NCBI GenBank assembly: GCA_051294375.1
Contig: CM119263.1
Span: 29,689,517 to 29,753,516, forward strand
Length of the DNA: 64,000 nt
Source: Paraspadella gotoi
Lineage: Eukaryota; Animalia; Chaetognatha
Reading direction: 5' to 3'
In this document: piece by piece, positions 1 through 14,025 of the stretch
How positions within the stretch are numbered: the stretch's first letter is position 1
Layout of the letters: the number at the start of each line of letters is the position of its first letter
Position numbers and translations under genes: made by a program
The notes under the pieces: model-generated
The model's database searches: none
What the model saw: the letters and a program-made list of their open reading frames with translations, nothing else
What the model was told of the DNA's origin: nothing

Positions 1-1484
1 GGAAATTAGTCGCTAATATATATATATATGTTATAACTATATGAATTTTAAACGGGGTGAGAGGTAGAAGAGAATTATTGATTGATTTATTGAGAGTTGA
101 AATTAGGCAGTTTTTTGGGGGGGCCAGAAATGTCAAACAACGAACATTGTTCTTTTTAATATTTTTTGCATCATTATTTTTTAACTTTTATTATTTTCTC
201 TTAAGTCATAAAAAAGGGACATAATGTTACCCGATTTATAAAAAATTAGTACTTGTACTAATACCTTTTGTAGTTAAGGTTTAGTATTTTAAAATTTATC
301 TGTTGACTGTTCGTTGCTGTCGTTATTGTTGTTATAGTACTTTAAAATAAAGTATTATACTGAAAAATATTTAATATGATGTTATAATAATGACTACAGT
401 AATCATTGTTCATTTGGGTGGCGCATCTCTGCTCCCTACCTTTTGCCTAACCAACGCTAATCCAAACTGTCAACCGAGAGAGAGAGAGAGACAGAGAGAC
501 AGAGAGAGAGACAGTCCCTGCGACGATGACCCGAAAAGATTGAGTGGGAAAAACTCGATGAGAGAAAAAAAACTGTGAAAAAGGTGTGAGAAACTGTGAG
601 AAGCTGTGAGAGACTGTGAAAGGTTTTGCGGTTGGAGAAGTGAAAATATAAGATTCAGGTGAGGAATTTGACTCGCGTGAGAGACGAGCTGTGAATCAAG
701 AAACTGTGAAGAAAATACGGTGAATCGTTTGAGTGACTGAGCGTCCGTGATGGAAAAAACCTGCGAGAAAATAGAAAGGTGTGCGAAGGAAATTCACAGA
801 GACCGACCGACTGACTTGTGAAGGGAATTCTAAATCTGTTGCTGGTCGTCGTCGTCAGAAGAGCAAGCAATGATGATTGCGGGGTTAGAACGTAAGCAAT
901 GACACTTGATACTTAACGATACAAGCAAAGGCGAGTTGCAAGGGCAAGCAATGACGCAACAAGCAGAAGAATCATGCTTGCAGACGAGAGAGTAAGAATA
1001 CAACATTGTCGCCCGCGGAATCATCACTGAAATGAAAAAGGGACAGCGAGATTTCGTCTCATGTACTTATTTATTGTTAGCTTTACAGTATAAAGGAACC
1101 GTTGAATTATACTGGGAATAAATTTACAATATTGTAGACACCAAAGTCCTCAGAGTTTACTATAAATTGAAGTTGAAAAAATAAAAAGACTTAAATGCTA
1201 TCGAGAAACCTTATCCTTGCATTGGTATCTTTATTGATTTAAAAACAATGTACGAAAGATTGTAAATGCTACAATATTGTATTCTCCAGAGTTTATTTTT
1301 TTACTCCACCCAAAAAAAAAATTCTCTCTTAAAATTGAGTTTCGACTCAACGACTTTTGAGTTTTTTCTTTTTTTTTTTTCTTTTTTCTTTTTTCTTTTT
1401 TGGTTCTGTTTATTTCCGCTGCGTTGATTTCGTCTTTGTTTGTAACTGTTCTTGGTGGCGGATGTTATGTGGTTTTGGAATGTG

Positions 1485-1566
<82 letters not shown>

Positions 1567-2329
1567 GATAATAACGAAGTCCGTTTGCGCGTCCTAAAAA
1601 CTCTTCCGTTTGTTGGACCGCTGCCAAATTACCGCCGACTCACCCTCCCACACTGCCGCCTCGCCCAACAACGATTGACTCACCCACACTGCAGGCCTTT
1701 CACCACATTGTCGACTCATCCAAACACACTACTCATCTACTCATCTTACTTAGCCTTGGCTTAGTGTGGATACCTCCGCATAAGCATTGGCAAAACTATG
1801 TATTGTTTTTCTCTCTTTCTCTGTCTCTCTGTTTCTCTCTATCTCTCTCTCTCTNNNNNNNNNNNNNNNNNNNNNNNNNNNNNNNNNNNNNNNNNNNNNN
1901 NNNNNNNNNNNNNNNNNNNNNNNNNNNNNNNNNNNNNNNNNNNNNNNNNNNNNNNNNNNNNNNNNNNNNNNNNNNNNNNNNNNNNNNNNNNNNNNNNNNN
2001 NNNNNNNNNNNNNNCCTGCCTCTTCTACCCATTGAGCCACACTCACTGCCTCGTTGTCCAGGGTCGTCCGGTTTTCTCGAGAATGCCAAAGACTTTCGTC
2101 CAAACACTGGCGTCGTGCCATCGAAGCGGCGTCGGGTGCCATCGCCGCAGCGCCCTGTGCCATCGCCGCGACGTCGCAGCGGCGTTGGGCGGCGTCGAAA
2201 TGAGGTCGGCGCCATCCACCGGCGCCACCTGAATTCCGTTGATGGCGTCCGATGCGAAATCAGGCGACGAATGAAAAAAAAGTGGGTATGGCACCGGGAT
2301 GAACGCCTGTGATGCCCGGGGGGCGGGTT

Positions 2330-2487
2330 ATCTCAAAAACTGGCGTAAGGGCTGCGGACCGTAAGTGACCACCTCATGTCACTGGCAAGTTTAGTCAGGC
2401 TCCGTCACATTCAAGCCCAGGGATTGAACCCGGGACGCACGGTTGTAACGAGATGATTTAGTCTGCTCAACCATTGAGACGAGGCAG
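2330..2487 (-). mobile_element. tRNA-derived SINE-like head (RNA pol III A/B boxes), remnant
   Basis: The reverse complement reads ...cgtctcaatggttgagc...gtcccgGGTTCAATCCctggg. This gives an A-box-like motif (2471-2482) and a B box (2421-2430) at tRNA-like spacing. There is no full cloverleaf, and the 3' extent is uncertain. Confidence 0.45.
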
Positions 2488-3076
2488 TGAGGCAGCTTTA
2501 AGTCTTGCTGCCACAAGGGAATAATACAATCAGAAATTAAATATTGAATGTTAAATATTAAAAATTTGATTATTTACTGAATAAAGGGATTCTTTTTATG
2601 TTAATTAGATATACTGAAATAAATAAAAACAAACCCAATAAACTAACGAAAACAAACAAACAAAATACACAAAAGTCTTCGAATGTTTTAAGAAACGAAA
2701 AACATCATTATTTAGAAAAAACCAACCATTGGCATTGCATTTTAAACGTATTTACTAATTTTTTTTGCTTTCTATTTTTATTATCCTCGTTTTTGTCTCA
2801 CCCTTCATCTTTTGGTCACACCATCGATTCCTTACCAAGCTCTTTTCTTTTCTCTCTTCTTCTTCTCTAACTCACCTCTCTATTCTTACATCTCTATTCT
2901 CACCTCTCTAATTCACTTCTCTATTCTTACCTCTCTATTCTCACCTCTCTTCTCTTTCCCCCCTCCCTCCCTCGGCCGACTTCGCTCCCGGGACTCCGCC
3001 GATCGGGGAAGAAATTCCGTCACCGCCGATCGGGAACAAATCCATTTTCCTTTTGCAAATGATCTTAATATGGGAA

Positions 3077-3195
3077 AGAGGCTGTGATAGGGAAATGAAT
3101 GTGATAGGGAAATTAGGCAAAGGCTGTGATAGGGAAAGGAATGTGATAGGGATATAATTGTGATAAGGAAAGGTTGTGATTGGGAGAGTGATGTG
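3077..3195 (+). repeat. Degenerate tandem repeat with TGTGATAGGGAAA core
   Basis: About 7 recurrences of tgtgat(a/t)gg(g)aaa at roughly 17-23 bp spacing. Confidence 0.7.
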
Positions 3196-3441
3196 GTTTG
3201 AATGTGAATTTTTGCCTTTCATCAAGGAAAGGAGATGGAGTGATACGCTTTGCTGGGGTTAAACTTGTTGCTGTAGTTAAGTCATTAGGCGGAAAGGGGA
3301 TACGGCTTGCTCGGGTTCTTTTTATAAGAGGAAGAAATAAAAATGTGAAAGATTCTTAGGTTAAGAACAATTTTCGTAATGAACGCCCTGAAAAGAATTC
3401 CTCTCCGCTTTAAAAACCTTGAAGGCGAGAGAGAGAGAGAG

Positions 3442-3496
<55 letters not shown>

Positions 3497-4309
3497 TCGC
3501 TTAAAAACTTTCCCCCTCGTTCGCGATTAAAACCGAGAGAGAGAGAGAGAAGGGCCATTAAAGGAAATGTTTCATAGCGAGAGTGAGTAAAAAAATTCGC
3601 GACGACGACGACGACGACGAAGACGGAGCAAATCACCCAATTCCGAATTATCACCTCGTTGTGAAAACCCGGTGGAGAATAAAAGTGAATTACCGGCCCG
3701 TGAATCACCATCTTCTCAATTTCCTTGTGAATTTTACGTGAATTTCCCATCTTGCCATCTCTTGCATTTCCCAGAATTTCCATCTTGTCAATTGCGGTCG
3801 ACTACTTGTCTCTTAAATAACAAACAATTAAAGAACCCTTTGCAGAAGTGCAATCAATAAAATTAAAGTCTGCCAGAAAGACAAATACATACATACCCAT
3901 TACCCACACATACATCATCTCATTACCATAACCTGAAATTTTAACTATCTCCTTCAAATGCCATTCATCGAATTACCGTCTGCAGAAATGCCATCAATCG
4001 AATTACGATCCCTGGAAATTCCAGCGATGAAAGAGAGAAGGAGAGAGAGAGAGAGAGACATCGCCACGTCTAACCTCTCTTCCTCTCTATCGCTGAAACC
4101 TCTCTATCCTTTTCTTATCTAATTGCTGTTTCTCACTTTCCTTACTCGCGTTTTACTTTTCTCTCTCTTTACTCTTTGTTCCTTTATTCTTTTACGCCAA
4201 CAATTCCCTCTCTCTCTCTCTCTCTCTCCCTAAAGTCCCGAACCCTAAAGGACTTAACGTCGGCTACTTTTTTAGAATGACTTTCCTTTCCTTTGTACGA
4301 TTGAGAGAG

Positions 4310-4351
<42 letters not shown>

Positions 4352-4459
4352 TTGAGAGAGTGTGTAGAAAAAAGGGAAAGGGAGGAAAGGAAAAAAAATT
4401 TAAAAAGAGGATTGGAAAGGAAAAAAGTAAGGTCGTTATTTTATCATCACTTCCACCAG

Positions 4460-4525
<66 letters not shown>

Positions 4526-5071
4526 GTGAGGCAGCAGTGACTTTGTGGAATCGATAGAAGGGAGTCAAGAAGAGAGAAATGCTCTTCAATAAAGAACATG
4601 CGGCCGCACCTTTTAAAAAAAGTTGCTGCAGTGCCGCACGAACATCGGTAGAGATTTCTAAATTTCATTAAAAAAAAGATCATTTGAAGAAAAAGAAAAA
4701 TAAGGAAAAAAGAACAGAAAGAAGAGGAGAGACAAGAACAAGAACAAGAACGAGAACAAAAATAGAAGAGAACAAATGTTAAAATCGAAAAATGCAAATC
4801 GGAGGCAGAGAAGAGAAGTTCGAGGAAAAAGAAGGAAAAACATTGGGAATATGAGGAGGAAAGGAAAGAAGGAAAGAAGGGAGAAAGATGGAAAGGAGTA
4901 GGAAGGAAGAACGAATGGAGAAAGGAGGAAGAAGGGAGAAAGAAGGAAAGGAAAAGAAAAAAGAAAAAAAAAGAAAAAAGAAAAAAAGGAAACAAAAAAT
5001 ATTAAAAAGGGAGTCAAAGAAAAAGGAGAAAATCTCTTGTACTGATTCTCTCTCATTACATGACGAGAATC

Positions 5072-5111
<40 letters not shown>

Positions 5112-5835
5112 ATTATTATTATTATTATTATTAACATTATTATTTCAGAATTCACGTAATCCTCATTAATTGATAAAAATCCAATCAACTCTAGTGATTA
5201 AATTAAGCAAATTGTGAAGCTTCTCACCATCGCCTCTTCAATTTTCGTAATCATTGGATTCAAATTTATTTGACTTTCGTTAACCTTGAACATATTCTTT
5301 TTTTTTTTCAATTTAAATTTGTTAACAAAAAATATGTCGTTGTTTGCTTAATGAAACTGAAACGATCGGAAATGTATCGGTCTAAATTTAAATTTTTACT
5401 TTGCCTTATTTTTCTTTGTCTCTGCATTCTTGGCCTTGCCGTTCTAAGCCTCTTTGTCTTTGGTATTTCAAATAGTCTCGCCGTTCTTGGCCTCTTCTTC
5501 TTTGGCCTTTCCAATCTTGGCCTTGCCCTTTCATTTGTCGCGAGGAATCCTACCCTCGGTCTGCGTCGTTGGGGTGAAAAAGGTTAAGAAGGAAGATTTA
5601 AAAAAAGGGTCATGGGAGAGAGAGTTTGGGGCTGATTATTTAGGTGACATAAACAGATCGGAAATTGTAGATACTGAAAAGGACACATCAAGAAAGGCAG
5701 GGCTTACAAAAAGCGGAGGCAGATAAGTGGAAAGCAGAGATTTAAGCCTTAAAAGAAAAGAAAATTTAAAAGGAGATTAGAAGAGTAAAAGAAGAAGAAG
5801 AGAGAAACTTTTTTTGAAAATAAATTGATGATAAT

Positions 5836-5925
<90 letters not shown>
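5836..5925 (+). repeat. (AAT)n microsatellite
   Basis: Long perfect AAT run; a (TTA)n tract also lies at ~5073-5140. Confidence 0.95.
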
Positions 5926-6704
5926 TGATAATAAATAAATGATTCCTTTCCCCGTGAATTGGGTGTCAAGAGCGAAATTCCCACGAGAAGCGGACTCTAA
6001 CGAGTACGAGAAGCGATCGCCCTCTTTCCGCTTCCCATTCCGGGGGTTAATGTCCTCGTGTCTCATTGTCTCGCGAATGTCGGGGTCGCGGGTTCGTGTC
6101 CCGATCGTCGCCCTCCTCTCTTTGTCACTTGAGAAAGTTGGAAAAGAGAGAAAGAGGAATTTTTAACTTTAATTATATTATATTTCTTGATAAACATGTT
6201 TAATAGAGCGTAGTGAATGTTACGTATGAAAATTCTAAAAGTCAATTAATTTGCAAAAAAAAAATTAATTTTACTTTTTTAAAAATTGAAAATAGGATTT
6301 TCTTAATTCTGATTGCAGATTTGAATTCCTCGTCAAAAGTTGATAAAAGAAAATAAAAATCATTTTTAAAAATTCTTTTCTACCCCTCTCTTCTTCCTCC
6401 TCCTCCGCCTCTTCTTCCTCCTCCTTCTCTTCCTCCTCTTCCTCCTAACCCGACTCGACCCGAGTTAACCTTCCGATTCTCGATTCAAACGCTTCTTTCG
6501 AGAAAAGGAAAAAAGAGAAGGAAAATAGAAAGGAAAAGTCAAGAAAGAGAAGGAAAATAGAAAGGAAAAGGAAAAAAAGAGAAGGAAAATAGAAAGGAAA
6601 AGGAAAGAAAAGAAAAGAAAATAAAAGAAAAGAGTATAAGAATAGAAAAGAAAAAAATGGAAAAGAGAAATAAGTTTAAGGAAGGAAATTATAATAAAAA
6701 TTAT

Positions 6705-6815
6705 TACTATGGTAGTGAATAAACTGGACTGTTGAGAGAGTCTTGATCGAAAGCTTGCAGGGTTTTTTATCTTTTACCAAACTTAACTTGTCAGAATGAA
6801 AGATAGCTTATTTTT
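6705..6815 (+). repeat. Dispersed repeat family A, partial copy
   Basis: ggtagtgaataaac...gagagtcttgatcGAAAGCTTGCAGGG...agatagcttattt matches the copies at 18.2, 20.7 and 25.7 kb. Confidence 0.7.
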
Positions 6816-7054
6816 GAGAATAAATGTATGTTTGTACCAGTTTCATGACTGTCATAAAAAACAATGGGCCTCGGATTCATACCGTAAATTTTTATAAAAA
6901 ACAAACAAAATCAAGGTTGTCCGACTTCAGAGCCAAATTATTTTTTTCTGTTATTACTCGAATAATATTTTTATTCTCAGTCGGTCATGGAATTCTTTTT
7001 ATTTTTGAGTCAAGAACAAATCTATAAATAGAATATAGGAATGAGGAGGAGGAG

Positions 7055-7085
<31 letters not shown>

Positions 7086-7385
7086 CGTCAGACGCCGAGG
7101 ACAGAAGCAAAACAAGGCAATGAGGAAACAAATTTTAAGATGGAGTTTTTATTGAATTCCTTTCTTGTCTCTCGGGGAGAAAATTTGGAATATGGATGAG
7201 GAGAAAATGAAGGGAGAAGAAAAATGAAAGAAATGAAGTAAAAGATGGAGTGAAAAAAGCAAAAGGAAGAAAATGAAACAAAAGCTGGGAAAAGAAAATG
7301 TAATAAAGGGAAGAGAATGAAAAAGGGAGCGAGAGATGAGAGAGAAAGAAGAAAATACAAGTAAAAAAAGAGAAGAAAATGAGTT

Positions 7386-7423
<38 letters not shown>

Positions 7424-7559
7424 GAATCTTAGGAATGTTTGCTTCTCACTACCGACCTGGCAGACTGCATTTTCGATTGAATTCTATGGCGAGGGAGAAA
7501 AGAGAGATTGTCAACTTGAAACTTGAAACAAAGAGAATGGAGAAGAGGTCACAAGGGAA

Positions 7560-8190
7560 AGATAGGGACGGAAAAAAAAGGAAAGAAAAAAGAGAAGAAA
7601 AAGGAAATAAAAGTGAAAGAAAAGAAAGGAAAGACAAAATAGAAGAGAAAAGGAAAAAAAGAGAGGAAAGACAAAGGAGAAGAAAAAGAAAAGAAAAGTG
7701 AAAGAAAAGAGAGGAAAGACAAAAGAGAAGAAAAAGGAAATAAAAGGAAAAAGAAAGAGAGGAAAGTCAAAAGAAAAGAAAAAGAAAAAAAAAGAGAGGA
7801 AAGACAAAAGAGAAGAAAAAGGAAAGAAAAGTGAAAGAAAAGAAAGAAAAGACAAAAGAGAAGAAAAAGGAAAGAAAAGTGAAAGAAAAGAGAGGAAAGA
7901 AAAATAGAAAAAAAAGAAAAGAAAAGCGAAAGAAAAGAGAGAAAAGACAAAAGAGAAGAAAAAGGAAAAAAAAGAGAGGAAAGACAAAAGAAAAGAAAAA
8001 GAAAAGAAAAGTAAAAGAAAAGAGAGGAGGAACAAAAGAGAAGAAAAAGGAAAGAAAAGTGAAAGAAAAGAGAGGAAAGACAAAAGAGAAGAAAAAGAAA
8101 AGAAAAGTGAAAGAAAAGAGAGGAAAGACTAAAAAAAGTGAAAGAAAAGACAGGAAAGACAAAAAAAAAGAAAAGTAAAAGAAAAAAGGT
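7560..8190 (+). repeat. Polypurine minisatellite (unit like AAAGAAAAGTGAAAGAAAAGAGAGGAAAGACAAAAGAGAAGAAAAAGG)
   Basis: Repeated gtgaaagaaaa and gacaaaagagaag motifs in an almost pure A/G tract; source of the spurious K/E/R-rich and F/L/S-rich ORFs. Confidence 0.85.
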
Positions 8191-8259
8191 TCACATTTTG
8201 CTTCCTCTGTTTTATCGCTTCTTCTGTCGAGAGTCGATGCTTCCAAGCCTGCTACTTTT

Positions 8260-8338
<79 letters not shown>

Positions 8339-9034
8339 AATAGTTTGGGCAGACTTTTTTAAATTTAGACCTTTCCTTTCCCTCCCCTCGGGTAGAACGA
8401 AAATGCCGCTAATTATCAAAAAATTCAGAAAATTAGAAAAAAAAAGAAGTTTGGCGCAAATTAAAAATAAACTCGAGGAGAGAGAAAAACCCAAAACAAT
8501 CAAGTTAGAAAGGAGAGAGNNNNNNNNNNAGAGAGAGAGTCGGAAGATTGGCTGACGGTTTGATAGGCGACAGATCCTGCACCCAATGCGTTTGCTTGCT
8601 TCATCATGGGGATTTTTTTACGTCATTGCAGACTAAGAAAAGTTTCAACTATAGTAATTACTAAAAACAAATGGTTGATTATGTCATAATAATTTGCATT
8701 AAAATCAATTTTTATAGAAAACGAAACAATAATTATTTTCTGCATTGCATCGGAAAACCGTCTTTTGTTCTTTTTTTTTAAACAAAAAGTGGCGCAAGCA
8801 GTCGCTTAAGATTTGCGGTTCTTTCTGTATAAGCAAAAATAACAAAAGAGCAACCATGGGAAAATTAAAAAAACGATTATAAGCATTTGAAACGACAGAC
8901 CGACCGAAGAGTGACTTATTGAGTGCTCGAGTTCTCGCGGCGCATCTAAAAAATGAGAAAGAGAAAATTTAAAAGCTGAAGGCGCGAGTTTAATTCGAAT
9001 TCAGAAGAGAATGTTTTCTTTTCCCGCCAAGAAG

Positions 9035-9270
9035 TTTTAACTTTCAACTTTCACTCCTCGCTCTCTTTCTACTTTCAACTTCCACGCCTTGCTTTCTTTC
9101 TACTTTCAACTTTCACCCCTTGCTCTCTTTCTATTTTCAACTTTCACGTCTTGCTCTCTTTCTACTTTCTACTTTCACACTTGCTCTCTTTCTAATTTCA
9201 CGCTTGCTCTCTTTCAAATTTAATCCTTGCGTATCTCTTTCACTCTTTCTTTCAACTTTCAACTTTCAAG
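9035..9270 (+). repeat. ~31-bp tandem repeat (TTGCTCTCTTTCTACTTTCAACTTTCAC..)
   Basis: About 6-7 degenerate copies of the ctctctttctactttcaactttcac core. Confidence 0.8.
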
Positions 9271-9659
9271 CCTTCGATTCTCTTATTTGGATTTACTACA
9301 ATTAAACTTTTTCACTTTTATCTTTCTCTCATTCTATCTTTTCTGTCTTTCAATTTTCAACAACAAGAACAACAAGAACAAGAACAACAACAACAACAAC
9401 AACAACAACTACAACAACAACAACCTTCTGCTCCAAACGACGACTAACATCCTTTGGGCCTGAAGGTTTTTTCTCCCTTCATATTCTACGGAGGAATTTG
9501 ACCTGAAATAAACCGGGACGTTAAACCCGAAATTGTTTCTCTTTGCGAGAGCGAGAGCGAGAGAGAGAGAGAGAGAGAGAGAGANNNNNNNNNNNNNNNN
9601 NNNNNNNNNCCCACACACGCAGAGACGCCACCTGTACCACCTCACAGAACGCATTCGCG

Positions 9660-9980
9660 CACGACTTAATCCCCATCCATGCCATCCATCATCAACTCCG
9701 CCACTCCAGCCAACAGCCTCTCAGCCCACTCTCAGCTCCACTCCCCAGCAAAACGCCCACTCCCAACCACCCGACCACTCCACCCCATCACCACCTCCTC
9801 TTGGGATCCCATCTACAAAACAAACGCGGTTCACCACGCTCGACGACGGCACACCTCCTTCGCTTTCGCCGCGCCGCAGCCAACAACTCCCCCGCGAAAA
9901 CCAACCAGAAACACACACACACGCGCTTCTCTGCTTCGCCTCTCCTTCTCTCCGCTCGCTCGCCTTAGTGCATCTCTCGT

Positions 9981-10019
<39 letters not shown>

Positions 10020-10265
10020 CGACTAACACGAGCGAAGAAAACAACGAAAACCTTTTGTTTTCTTTGTTTTGTCGCGAGTTTTCTCGGCGCCAAACGAAAG
10101 TTTTCCTCTCGACCTTTTAAGCCCTTTTTTTTTAGATGGGAGTTCAAAGAGTTGATGGGGTGATTGGGGTGGTTGGAGTGGCTTTGCTGGAGTGACTGGA
10201 ATGGCTGGAGAGGCTTTGCTGGAGTGGCGTTGATGGAGTATGATGGGTGATGATGGGGAAGTCTC
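9660..10265. repeat. Fold-back inverted repeat centred on a (GA)n tract; left arm carries many extra C bases
   Basis: The reverse complement of 10015-10260 (..gccactccagcaaagcctctccagcc..ccactccaaccacc..tcccatctaaaa..) aligns colinearly with 9670-9978, which has inserted C residues. A 25-N gap lies just upstream (9585-9609). Confidence 0.8.
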
Positions 10266-10594
10266 GAGATGGCGTTTGGCTTTTGATGGGGTAAAGTGAG
10301 TATTTCAACTTTCAAGTATTGACTGAGTTCATTTCAATTTGGAAGGGAGCGACGCAGACTGAAGAGATTCAAGTTCGAAAGCGATTTGACGAATGAGTTG
10401 ATTAAGTCACTTGTAAATTGTAATGTATCTATTGTATCTAATGTATTGTAAGGATTGTGAAATGAAACATCAGTTTGCAACCCCAGGTAGAATGATCACA
10501 GAAATGTTCCTAGGGACGATTTACAGTCACTGAAAATCTTTTGCGACGAGAGTTTGGAAAGAAAAAGGTTAAAGGTCAAAGAAACCGGGAAAAC

Positions 10595-10840
10595 GCGACG
10601 CGACGACGATGACGACGATGACGACGACGACGACGACGATGATTACGACGATGATGATAAAGACGATAGCGACGATGAAGACGATGACGACGACGACGAT
10701 GAAGACGATGACGACGATCATAGAGACGATGATGATGTTTACGACGACGAAGATGATGACGAGGACGATGACGGCGATGATGATGACATCGATGACAATG
10801 GCAATGTTATCATCGATGATAACGATGAAGACGATAACGA
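10595..10840 (+). repeat. (GAC/GAT)n compound trinucleotide microsatellite
   Basis: Direct reading; gives poly-D and poly-T pseudo-ORFs. Similar tracts occur at ~11620-11805, 21526-21580, 24760-24900, 37275-37590 and 47410-47540. Confidence 0.9.
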
Positions 10841-10949
10841 AAATTTGACTAAAGAAAACCTTGGGTTTCTTTGAAACGAAGTTTGGTTCAGCGGTGGAGC
10901 GAGGTCAGAGGTCAAAGGTCAAAGGTGAGGGGAGAGAGGGGAGAGAACT

Positions 10950-11082
10950 GGGGTCAGGTGGGGTCAGGTTGGGTCAAGTTTGGTCAGGATGGGTCAGGTT
11001 GAGTCAGGATGGTTCCGTTTGGTTTAGGGTGGGTTAGGTTGGGTCAAGGTCAGTCAGAGTGGGTCAGGTTGGGTCAGGTTGG
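10950..11082 (+). repeat. 10-bp tandem repeat (GGGTCAGGTT)n, degenerate
   Basis: Repeated gggtcaggtt / gggtcaagtt / tggtcaggat units. Confidence 0.8.
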
Positions 11083-13313
11083 GAAGGGAGCGAGAGGAAA
11101 TAAAGGGTTGAGAGTCGAGATGTTGACCGTCGTAAAGGTAAGTTTAATTCGATGGTCGAATCTGGGTAAGGGAAGTGGATAGGGATGAGGTCAGACATTG
11201 GGCATGGGACAAGGGACATGGGACATAGCACGTGGGACACAGACGGTTAGTTGATAACTCTCTCTTTTCCTCTCTTTCTTAACGATTCAGTCCCAACTGT
11301 GAAAAAGGAAGAGTGAGAGAGAGAGAGAGAGAGANNNNNNNNNNNNNNNNNNNNNNNNNNNNNNNNNNNNNNNNNNNNNNNNNNNNNNNNNNNNNNNNNN
11401 NNNNNNNNNNNNNNNNNNNNNNNNNNNNNNNNNNNNNNNNNNNNNNNNNNNNNNNNNNNNNNNNNNNNNNNNNNNNNNNNNNNNNAAGGCTACGTTCGTG
11501 GGTAAATGCAGCTCGCCAGGAAAGAGGTCAGGTAACTGGGCCACATCTATGGTCAGCACCATGAATATTCCATTTCGCCAATTTCAACACCATTTCTCCG
11601 TCGGGAGATTAAAATCTAGGATGACGACGACGACGACGACGAAGAAGAAGACGATGATAACGACGACGATGACGACGACGATGATCATGACGACGATAAG
11701 AAAGACAAACACGATGCATGTGATGATAGGGACGACGACGATGGAGATGACGGCGATGACGACGACGACAACGATGACGACGACGATGAGGACGACGACG
11801 ACGACAAACCCAATGACATCGGCTGAGAATCTATTTTTAGAAGAGTCACATTTGCATTATTGAGCGCGAAATATGNNNNNNNNNNNNNNNNNNNNNNNNN
11901 NNNNNNNNNNNNNNNNNNNNNNNNNNNNNNNNNNNNNNNNNNNNNNNNNNNNNNNNNNNNNNNNNNNNNNNNNNNNNNNNNNNNNNNNNNNNNNNNNNNN
12001 NNNNNNNNNNNNNNNNNNNNNNNNGAGACTGAGTGAGAGATTACTATAGCAACATAAAACAGCATTTCAGCGAAACGAAATATTTTAATTCTGATATCAG
12101 CCGATATATATTCGAATATGGGATATAAAAAAGTGGAAGCTTACTTAAAATTCATAAACATTTATTAAATATTAATGTTATTATGAATTCAAACAAAAAA
12201 TGGCAGAAAATGGCCATTAGGAGAAAAAAACATAGAGAAAAAAAATCATCTCATCTTTCAGGATCCAATTTTGGTGAGTTTACTCCATGTTTTCTTTGAC
12301 CTTTTCTTTATTCAAGTCCAACCTCTCATTTTTTCCCTTTTTTCCTCATTTTTTTCTTCATTTTTTTCCTTTTTCCCCCTTTCTTTTTACTTTTTGCAGC
12401 TTTTTTTTATCTTTTCCTTCTTTTTTCTCCTTTTTCTCCTTTTCCATCCTTTTTTCCTCTTTTTCTTTTCNNNNNNNNNNNNNNNNNNNNNNNNNNNNNN
12501 NNNNNNNNNNNNNNNNNNNNNNNNNNNNNNNNNNNNNNNNNNNNNNNNNNNNNNNNNNNNNNNNNNNNNNNNNNNNNNNNNNNNNNNNNNNNNNNNNNNN
12601 NNNNNNNNNNNNNNNNNNNNNNNNNNNNNNNNNNNNNNNNNNNNNNNNNNNNNNNNNNNNNNNNNNNNNNNNNNNNNNNNNNNNNNNNNNNNNNNNNNNN
12701 NNNNNNNNNNNNNNNNNNNNNNNNNNNNNNNNNNNNNNNNNNNNNNNNNNNNNNNNNNNNNNNNNNNNNNNNNNTTTATCCTTTCTTTTTCCTCCTTTTT
12801 TTCCCCTTTTCCTTATTTTTTTATCCTTTCATTTTTCCATAATTTTCTTTTATGACTTTCGCCATTTTTTTCCCTCTGATTTTCTTCCTTCTTCCTTCCT
12901 CTCCCCCCCCTCCGCCCCCAGTTTTTCTTTTTCTCTCTTTTATCTTTTTCTTTGTCTTTTAATGTCTTTTTTTTCCAAAACTTTTTCTTTTTTTCTCGTT
13001 GCTTTTTTTTATTTTGCTTTCACGAGTTTCGCTTCTACTTTGTTAATTGATTTTTTTGGTTTTATTTGCTTTTTTCTCTCTCTCTCAATTTAAAGTTAAT
13101 TCTTTTTTTATCTTTCCAAATTTACTCTACTTTCTTTCCTTTTTATTTTCCTTCTTAAAACCATTTTTTCGATTTTTCGTTTGTTTTTACAGCAATGTTA
13201 TTTTTGCCTTCTCTTTCTTTACCGCTGTTCCTTCTCTTTTTCTTTTACTTTCTTCCTTTTACTTTTTTTCTTTCCTTTCTTTTTCCTTTTTCATTACACT
13301 TTANNNNNNNNNN

Positions 13314-13968
13314 TTTACTTTCTTCCTTTGACTTTTTTTCTTTCCTTTCTATTTCCTTTTCCATTTTATTTTCTTTTCATTTTCATTACACTTTACTTTT
13401 TCTTTACTCTTCCCTTTCATTTCCTTTTTATTTCAATTTCCTTTTCCTTTCCCTTTTTCTTACCTTTCTCTATCCTATTCCTTTTCTTTTCCCTTTCTCT
13501 TTCCTTTTACTTTACTCTTCCTTTCCCTTTACTTTTCCTTTCCCCTTTTCCCCTTTCCTTTCCCTTTCATTTTCCTTTTCCTTTCCATTTCCTTTTCCTT
13601 TTCCTTTCTTTTTCCTTTTCGTTTCCTCTTTTTCCCTTTCTTTTTCCCTTTTCTTTCCCCTTTTACCCCTTTCCAATTCCTTATATTTTCCCTTTCTCTT
13701 CCCTTTCTTTTTCTTACCTATTTTTTTCCTTTTCTTTTCCTTTTCTTTTTCCTTTTCCTTTTCTTTTCCCTTTCCCTTTCCTTTCTTTTTCTTTCTTATT
13801 TTTTCACTTTTCATTTCCTTTTCTTTTTCCTTTTCTTTTTCCTTTCTTTTTCCTTTATTTTTATTTCCCTGTCTCTCCTCGTTTTTCTTGTTTCTTCATT
13901 TTTCTTTTTTCTCTTCTTCCATATATTCTAATCTCTTCTATTCCTTTCCTCGCCCTCCCTATCCATCT

Positions 13969-14025
<57 letters not shown>

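Noticed and set aside
9533-10120. 195-aa Pro/Ser/Thr-rich protein
   Set aside because: It spans an N gap and a (GA)n tract, and derives from the C-inflated arm of a fold-back.
10554-10874. Acidic poly-Asp protein
   Set aside because: It is a (GAC/GAT)n microsatellite, a class that is abundant on both strands throughout the window.
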